Positions 59,008-64,000 of a DNA stretch of 64,000 nucleotides are shown here, piece after piece (positions within the stretch are counted from its first letter, which is position 1; every line of letters starts with the position of its first letter). The stretch lies in NCBI GenBank assembly GCA_965228895.1, contig OZ245842.1:1664001-1728000 (forward strand), given 5' to 3'. The notes under the pieces were generated by a model that ran no database searches, was not told the DNA's origin, and saw only the letters and a program-made list of their open reading frames with translations. A program made the translations under genes and the position numbers. The DNA comes from Alphaproteobacteria bacterium (GTDB lineage: Bacteria > Pseudomonadota > Alphaproteobacteria > SP197).

Positions 59008-60030
59008 TTAATGCGACAGATCTTCGTTGTCGCGTACCCATGCGACGTAGTCGGCGATGGCGTCTTCGAGCGGCCGCGGCGACCAGCCGGTGTCGGCCTT
59101 GAGTCGCGAAACATCGTATGCCCCCCAAGCACCGGTCGTACGCGAGGGATTGCCGGTGAGCGTCGCGCTGTCGTCAGTCGTCTCTGACCAAACAAAGCCG
59201 GGAACAGCCGAAGCGACGATGTCGGCGAGCCCGCCGAGCGTGACCGGTTCACCATAGGCGATGTTGTAGACATCGTGGTTAAGCGTTGGTGCATCCAGCA
59301 TGTCGGCGATAGCGCGCGCCACGTCGCCGGCATCGATGAAGTCGCCGATCGCCGACGCGCCGGCGATCGTGACGGTCTCGCCGGCAACCGCTTTGTGGAC
59401 GAGGACATTGGGGTCGCACGCATAGTCGCGGCCGGGCGTCCAACGATCCATGGGCCCATAGACGCTTGCCAATCGGACGATGTGGAGGGGAATCTGAAAG
59501 AGATCGCGGTAGCGCGTGGCGATCAGTTCGCCGGTCAGCTTGGTGATGGGATAAAGCGTACTTGGAAACGGGCGGACATAGCCGTCTTCCGGCAGTGGTG
59601 AACCGTCATCGGGACCGTCGGCGCCGTAGACGCTGCCTGTACTGACATGGATAAAGCGTTTGAGTCCCGGCAGGGCGCGGGCCAGTTCCAGCGCATGCAC
59701 CGTGCCCATGACATTGACGCCGGCGATCATGGCCGCCTGGCTCGCCTCGGTGGTGCCGGAGGTCGGCGTCATGGCAGCGCCATGGACCAGGCGGTCGATA
59801 TCGTGCTCACGGGCCAGCTCGGGCAAGATGCCGGGATCGCGGAGATCTCCGGTGACAGTTGTCAATCGGTCCGCGACCGGCTTGAAGAATCGCCGGGCGA
59901 TGGCGTCCGGATCGGCGATGTCGACGAGGACCACCCGCTGGTCCGTGTGGCGCTCAAGCCAATGACGAACGAGGTTGCTCATGACAAATCCGGTGCCGCC
60001 GGTAACCAACATGCCCATGGCTATCCCCAT
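59008..60030 (-). CDS. NAD-dependent epimerase/dehydratase (extended SDR)
   Basis: LVTGGTGFV, HGAA, NVMGT, VSTGSVYG, YPITK (YxxxK), VYGP; exact start uncertain (60030/60018/60012). Confidence 0.88.
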   Translation of the reverse strand: MGIAMGMLVTGGTGFVMSNLVRHWLERHTDQRVVLVDIADPDAIARRFFKPVADRLTTVTGDLRDPGILPELAREHDIDRLVHGAAMTPTSGTTEASQAAMIAGVNVMGTVHALELARALPGLKRFIHVSTGSVYGADGPDDGSPLPEDGYVRPFPSTLYPITKLTGELIATRYRDLFQIPLHIVRLASVYGPMDRWTPGRDYACDPNVLVHKAVAGETVTIAGASAIGDFIDAGDVARAIADMLDAPTLNHDVYNIAYGEPVTLGGLADIVASAVPGFVWSETTDDSATLTGNPSRTTGAWGAYDVSRLKADTGWSPRPLEDAIADYVAWVRDNEDLSH

Positions 60031-60108
60031 CGTCGTCGTGACAAATTGTGATAATGTTGTACAACCCCGTCACCAGTGTGACGTCCAAGATGAAGAGGAT
60101 ACAAGATC

Positions 60109-60873
60109 GTGGCAACAAACACCGCCCTCAGACCCGCCGAGTTCAGTGCCGAGGAATGGGAATTGCGCTGCAATCTGGCAGCGCTCTACCGGGCCTTCGT
60201 GCGCTATGGCTGGACCGACTTGATCTATACGCATATCTCCGCGCGCCTGCCGGAAGAGGGGCTATATCTGCTCAATCCCTATGGCCTGCTGTTCGAGGAG
60301 ATCACCGCGTCCAACCTGATCACGCTGGACTATGACGGCAATGTCGTGCGCGGTGACTATCCCTGCAACGATGCCGGCCATGCGATCCACCATGCGGTGT
60401 TGAAGGCCAGGCCCGACGTCAACTGGGTGCTGCACAGCCACACGCGGGCCGGCATGGCGGTTTCATGCATGAAGTGCGGACTGCTGCCGTTGGTGCAACA
60501 GTCGATGTTCTACCAGGGCCACATCTCCTATCACGACTGGGACGTCCAGACCTCCGGTCAGGAAGAGTGCGATGCGCTGGCCGCTGATCTGGGCCCGAAG
60601 AACATGGCGATGATCCTGCGCAATCACGGGCTGCTTGCCTGTGGCCGCACGGTCGGCGACGCCTTCGTGACGCTCTATAACCTGGAAGTCGGCTGCAAGG
60701 TGCAGGTCGACGTCATGCAATCGGGCCAGGAGATCGTGCTGCCGGGCGATGAGGAACTGGCGCGCACCGCCGCCTACGGTGACCCCGACAGCCCCGAGGG
60801 TCTGGGCGGTGAGCGCGAGTGGGATGCCATCATCCGCTGGCTCGAGCGCACGGACACCAGCTATCGGACCTAA
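60109..60873 (+). CDS. Class II aldolase/adducin family protein
   Basis: DLIYTHISAR, NPYGLLFEEITASNL, IHHA, HSHT, ILRNHG. Confidence 0.92.
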   Translation: MATNTALRPAEFSAEEWELRCNLAALYRAFVRYGWTDLIYTHISARLPEEGLYLLNPYGLLFEEITASNLITLDYDGNVVRGDYPCNDAGHAIHHAVLKARPDVNWVLHSHTRAGMAVSCMKCGLLPLVQQSMFYQGHISYHDWDVQTSGQEECDALAADLGPKNMAMILRNHGLLACGRTVGDAFVTLYNLEVGCKVQVDVMQSGQEIVLPGDEELARTAAYGDPDSPEGLGGEREWDAIIRWLERTDTSYRT

Positions 60874-60919
60874 AGGCCGATCGTCCCGCATCGGGCCGAT
60901 GTGGGACGCGAATCGGCCT
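60874..60919. terminator. Hairpin between convergent genes (probable terminator)
   Basis: AGGCCGAT-CGTCCCGCATCG-ggc-CGATGTGGGACG-cga-ATCGGCCT; no U-tract. Confidence 0.5.
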
Positions 60920-60931
60920 CGGGCTTAACGC

Positions 60932-62545
60932 CTAGTTCAGATAGTCGGCGTCTTCGCGCACCTGGATCAGTACCGGGCGGCCGGCGGTGAAGCCGTCGCG
61001 CATGGCGCCGGTCAGGCTGTCCAGACTATCAGGCTCAACGGCTTCGGCGCCGAATGCTTTGGCCAGGGCCAGGTAGTCGGGATTGCGCGGGCTGACGCCG
61101 ATCGGCTTGATGTCCTTGTCGATCATGTCGTCGCGGATCTGACCGAGCCCGTCGTTGTTCCACAGGATGATCGGCAAGCTGACACCTTCATCGACGCCGG
61201 TTGCCAGTTCCTGAACGGTGAACAGGAACCCGGCATCACCGGCAAGCGTCACACCGGGCCGGTTCGGTGCACCCAGCCGCGCTCCGATCGCCGACGGCAT
61301 GGCCGAACCCAGGGTGCAGTAGCCGCTGGGATGTGTGTAGCTGCGCGGCGTTGACGTCGGGTAATAGGTGTTCGCCATGTAGCCGGGTTGCGTCGCATCG
61401 GTGATCAACCAGCCGTTTTCCGGTACGGCGGCGCGGATGGCATCCAGGACCTTCGCGTGTTTCTTGGCTTTGTCACCCGCCATCGCTTCCTCGATGACCG
61501 CCTTTCGCAAGGCGGCGATGGCCTGACCGTCGCTGAAACCGCGACCATTCGCAGCGGCGGGCAGGGCGTCGGCCAGCATGGAAAGCGCTGCGCCGCCATC
61601 GCCCAGGATGGCGGCGTCCGGCGGCAGGTCGCGCGACAGGTTTTCGACATCGATGTCGATGCGGATCAGCTTACCGTTGATCGGCAGGAAACCCGGTACC
61701 CAGGTATCGGTCTCGGAGAGTTCCGAGCCGACGGCGATCACCACGTCCGCTTCGCCGATAAACGTGTGGACCAGAGGCGACGACATGCCGCTGCCGGCAT
61801 TAAGCGGATGGTCTTCGCTAATCGCGCCTTTGGCGGCCGTGGTCAGCAGGACCGCGGCACCCAGTTTTTCCGCAACAGAGACGATAGCATCGCCGGCCTC
61901 GACGACACCGCCACCAGCGATGATCACGGGCCGTTGTGCGCCCTTACACAGCGCCGCCGCCCGTTCGATCGATGCGGCGGACGGCATGGGCCGGTCGGCA
62001 AGCGGGCTTGCGTCGGCGGCGAACTCGGCGGCTTCGGCGATCTTGTCGATCGGCAGCTCGATATGCACCGGCCGTGGGCGGCTGTTGGCGAAGACCTCGA
62101 ACGCGCGCGAGACGACCGAGGGGATGGTGTTGCTATGCATGATGGTCTGCGAGAAAGCGGTTAGCGGCGCGATCGAAGCGCGCTGGTCGGTGATCTCGTG
62201 CAGCCGCCCACGTCCGGCGCCCAGGTCCTCCGTCGCGTTGGTGCTGGCGATGACCAGCATCGGTTGGGAATCCGCATAAGCGTTGCCGACGGCGGTCGCA
62301 ATATTGGTGACACCGGGACCGGTGATGACGCAGCACACTGCCGGTTTCCCGGTGATGCGGGCGTAACCGTCGGCCATGAAGCCGCCGCCCTGTTCGTGGC
62401 GGAACATCACGTGGTTCATCTCGGTATCGGCGATTCCGCGATAGTACTCCAGCGTGTGGACGCCCGGCATGCCGAACACGGTGTCGATGCCGTAACCCTG
62501 CAGCAACTGCATCAGGGCCTGGCCATTGGTCATGTTCGTGCTCAT
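60932..62545 (-). CDS. ThDP-dependent decarboxylase, 5-guanidino-2-oxopentanoate (2-ketoarginine) decarboxylase AruI-like
   Basis: VFGMPGVHTLE.Y, RHEQGGGFMADGYAR, G.GRLHE, GDAGFLFT..EL...WNN..LGQIRDDM. Confidence 0.8.
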   Translation of the reverse strand: MSTNMTNGQALMQLLQGYGIDTVFGMPGVHTLEYYRGIADTEMNHVMFRHEQGGGFMADGYARITGKPAVCCVITGPGVTNIATAVGNAYADSQPMLVIASTNATEDLGAGRGRLHEITDQRASIAPLTAFSQTIMHSNTIPSVVSRAFEVFANSRPRPVHIELPIDKIAEAAEFAADASPLADRPMPSAASIERAAALCKGAQRPVIIAGGGVVEAGDAIVSVAEKLGAAVLLTTAAKGAISEDHPLNAGSGMSSPLVHTFIGEADVVIAVGSELSETDTWVPGFLPINGKLIRIDIDVENLSRDLPPDAAILGDGGAALSMLADALPAAANGRGFSDGQAIAALRKAVIEEAMAGDKAKKHAKVLDAIRAAVPENGWLITDATQPGYMANTYYPTSTPRSYTHPSGYCTLGSAMPSAIGARLGAPNRPGVTLAGDAGFLFTVQELATGVDEGVSLPIILWNNDGLGQIRDDMIDKDIKPIGVSPRNPDYLALAKAFGAEAVEPDSLDSLTGAMRDGFTAGRPVLIQVREDADYLN

Positions 62546-62745
62546 GGGGGTCTCCATTGTTGGGGCCGTCGTGTTGATGCCGTCCGGGGCGCGACGGTCA
62601 GGCAGGGGAGGTGATCTTCGAGGGCGGATCGCCGGCTTGTCAACGTACGCTTGCAAGTCGTTCCAGAATCGTGATGCTGGCGCTGGATCGGCAGCGGGCA
62701 AAGCCGCGCCGGCGACGGATTTCCTACCCTAATCGGAGCCATGCC

Positions 62746-63651
62746 ATGAACCCGCTTCGTAGCCGCAATCCTGAAGGAAACACGCCTGAATTGACCGATT
62801 GGGGCGTCAACTCCGAATACGGCAAGCTGCGCGATGTCCTGCTGGGCCCGGCCGACAACTACCGCTGGCTGCCGACCAGTTCGATCTCCAAGGCGACGTT
62901 GAAGCGCGGTGACAAGTTCGACAAGCAGCTCGCCATGCGGCAGCACCGCGAAATGGTCGACGCCTATAACGACGCCGGCGTCAACGTGCACTTCCTGGAT
63001 CCAGACGAGGAGCTGCCCTATCAGGTCTACGCCCGCGATAGCTCCTTCATGACGCCCTATGGCGCGGTGGTGACGCAGATGGCGCAGTGGTGGCGGCGCG
63101 GCGAGTACGGCCCGGTCATGCGTTTCTATCTGGAAAACGACATTCCGATCTATGACATGGTGACCGCCGGTTCGTTCGAGGGTGGCGACTTCGACGTCAT
63201 CGAGCCGGGCACCGTCCTGATCGGCTTCTGCGGCGAGCGCACCCAGGAACAGTCGGCCGAGCAGGTCAAACGCTGGTTCGACAAGGAAGGTTGGGAGGTG
63301 AAGCTGGCGCCAATCGCCGAACACTACGTCCACATCGACCTGATGGTCTGCATGCTGGCGGAAAAGCTCTGCGCGGTGTGCCTGGATACGACTGATCCGG
63401 AAATCGTCGACTGGCTGAAGGCCAAGAAGATCGAAATCGTGCCGGTCAACTATCAGGACACCATGGCGCTTGCCTGCAATGTCATGGCGCTGGGCGACGA
63501 CAAGATCCTGGCCCCGGCTCACGCCAAGGACCTGGTCGACAAGCTGAAGGCCCAGGGTTTCGAGGTCTACGATCCCGCCATGGATGTCTTCACCCGTGGC
63601 GGCGGCGGCATTCATTGCATGGCCCAGGCGCTACGCCGCGATCGCGTGTAG
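62746..63651 (+). CDS. Amidinotransferase / dimethylargininase (pentein) family protein
   Basis: SEYGKL, YARD, RRGE, FEGGD, HID, GGGIHCM catalytic Cys. Confidence 0.88.
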   Translation: MNPLRSRNPEGNTPELTDWGVNSEYGKLRDVLLGPADNYRWLPTSSISKATLKRGDKFDKQLAMRQHREMVDAYNDAGVNVHFLDPDEELPYQVYARDSSFMTPYGAVVTQMAQWWRRGEYGPVMRFYLENDIPIYDMVTAGSFEGGDFDVIEPGTVLIGFCGERTQEQSAEQVKRWFDKEGWEVKLAPIAEHYVHIDLMVCMLAEKLCAVCLDTTDPEIVDWLKAKKIEIVPVNYQDTMALACNVMALGDDKILAPAHAKDLVDKLKAQGFEVYDPAMDVFTRGGGGIHCMAQALRRDRV

Positions 63652-63801
63652 AGGAGCCCCACCGCAAAAACGCACAGACATTCGCGGCGGAGAAGCGTTT
63701 GTCATTGCGAGTAACAGATTTCATGTGGTTACATAACGCCTGACATAAAAAGGATGTGCCGGCCGTTCTCTGACGGTCGGACGTGATCTGGGAGTGCGGG
63801 T

Positions 63802-64000
63802 GTGGAGAGGACCACCGACGGTGCGGTCGCGCATAGCCTGACCTTGCGTGGTGTCTCCAAGCACTACGGCCCGGTCAGGGCGGTTGACGACGTCGATCTT
63901 ACCGTACCGCGCGGCGAGTTCCTGACGCTGCTTGGCCCATCGGGTTCCGGCAAGACGACAATTTTGATGATGATCGCCGGCTTCGTGCGCCCGACCGCCG
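63802..64000 (+). CDS. ABC transporter ATP-binding protein (PotA-like), 3' truncated
   Basis: GTG start after GGGAG; translates ...[16 protein letters not shown]...[24 protein letters not shown]. Confidence 0.88.
   Translation, partial: MERTTDGAVAHSLTLRGVSKHYGPVRAVDDVDLTVPRGEFLTLLGPSGSGKTTILMMIAGFVRPTA

Noticed and set aside
60932-62545. ThDP enzyme as the acetolactate synthase partner of budA
   Set aside because: Motifs (PGVHTLE, GRLHE, GQIRDDM) fit AruI-like decarboxylases better, and it is about 8 kb away in a separate unit

Overview
High-GC bacterial chromosomal segment, most likely a marine or soil alphaproteobacterium (Rhodospirillales-like OmpA lipoprotein, CIRCE plus RpoH-type groESL promoter, alphaproteobacterial palindromic repeat). 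The window is rich in amine and amide catabolism: a histamine/trimethylamine-dehydrogenase-family flavoprotein with two GFA genes, a dimethylformamidase-like alpha+beta+beta cluster with an ABC substrate-binding protein, an OYE-family demethylase-like enzyme, an amidohydrolase/deacylase/acetolactate-decarboxylase cluster interrupted by higBA, and a 2-ketoarginine-decarboxylase/amidinotransferase pair. It also carries groESL, an atypical his operon (long hisG, hisB, hisH, hisF, an inserted MFS gene and a HisA-HisI-HisE fusion), a non-canonical HisD homolog, a class III cyclase with altered specificity residues next to a stand-alone TPR paralog, a frameshifted glutamine-synthetase-family gene, and a tandem pair of FecR-like/RTX secreted proteins, one with 21 repeats of 97 aa and one with none. 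No CRISPR array, tRNA, rRNA or transposase was seen. All calls come from motif recognition only; no database search was run.
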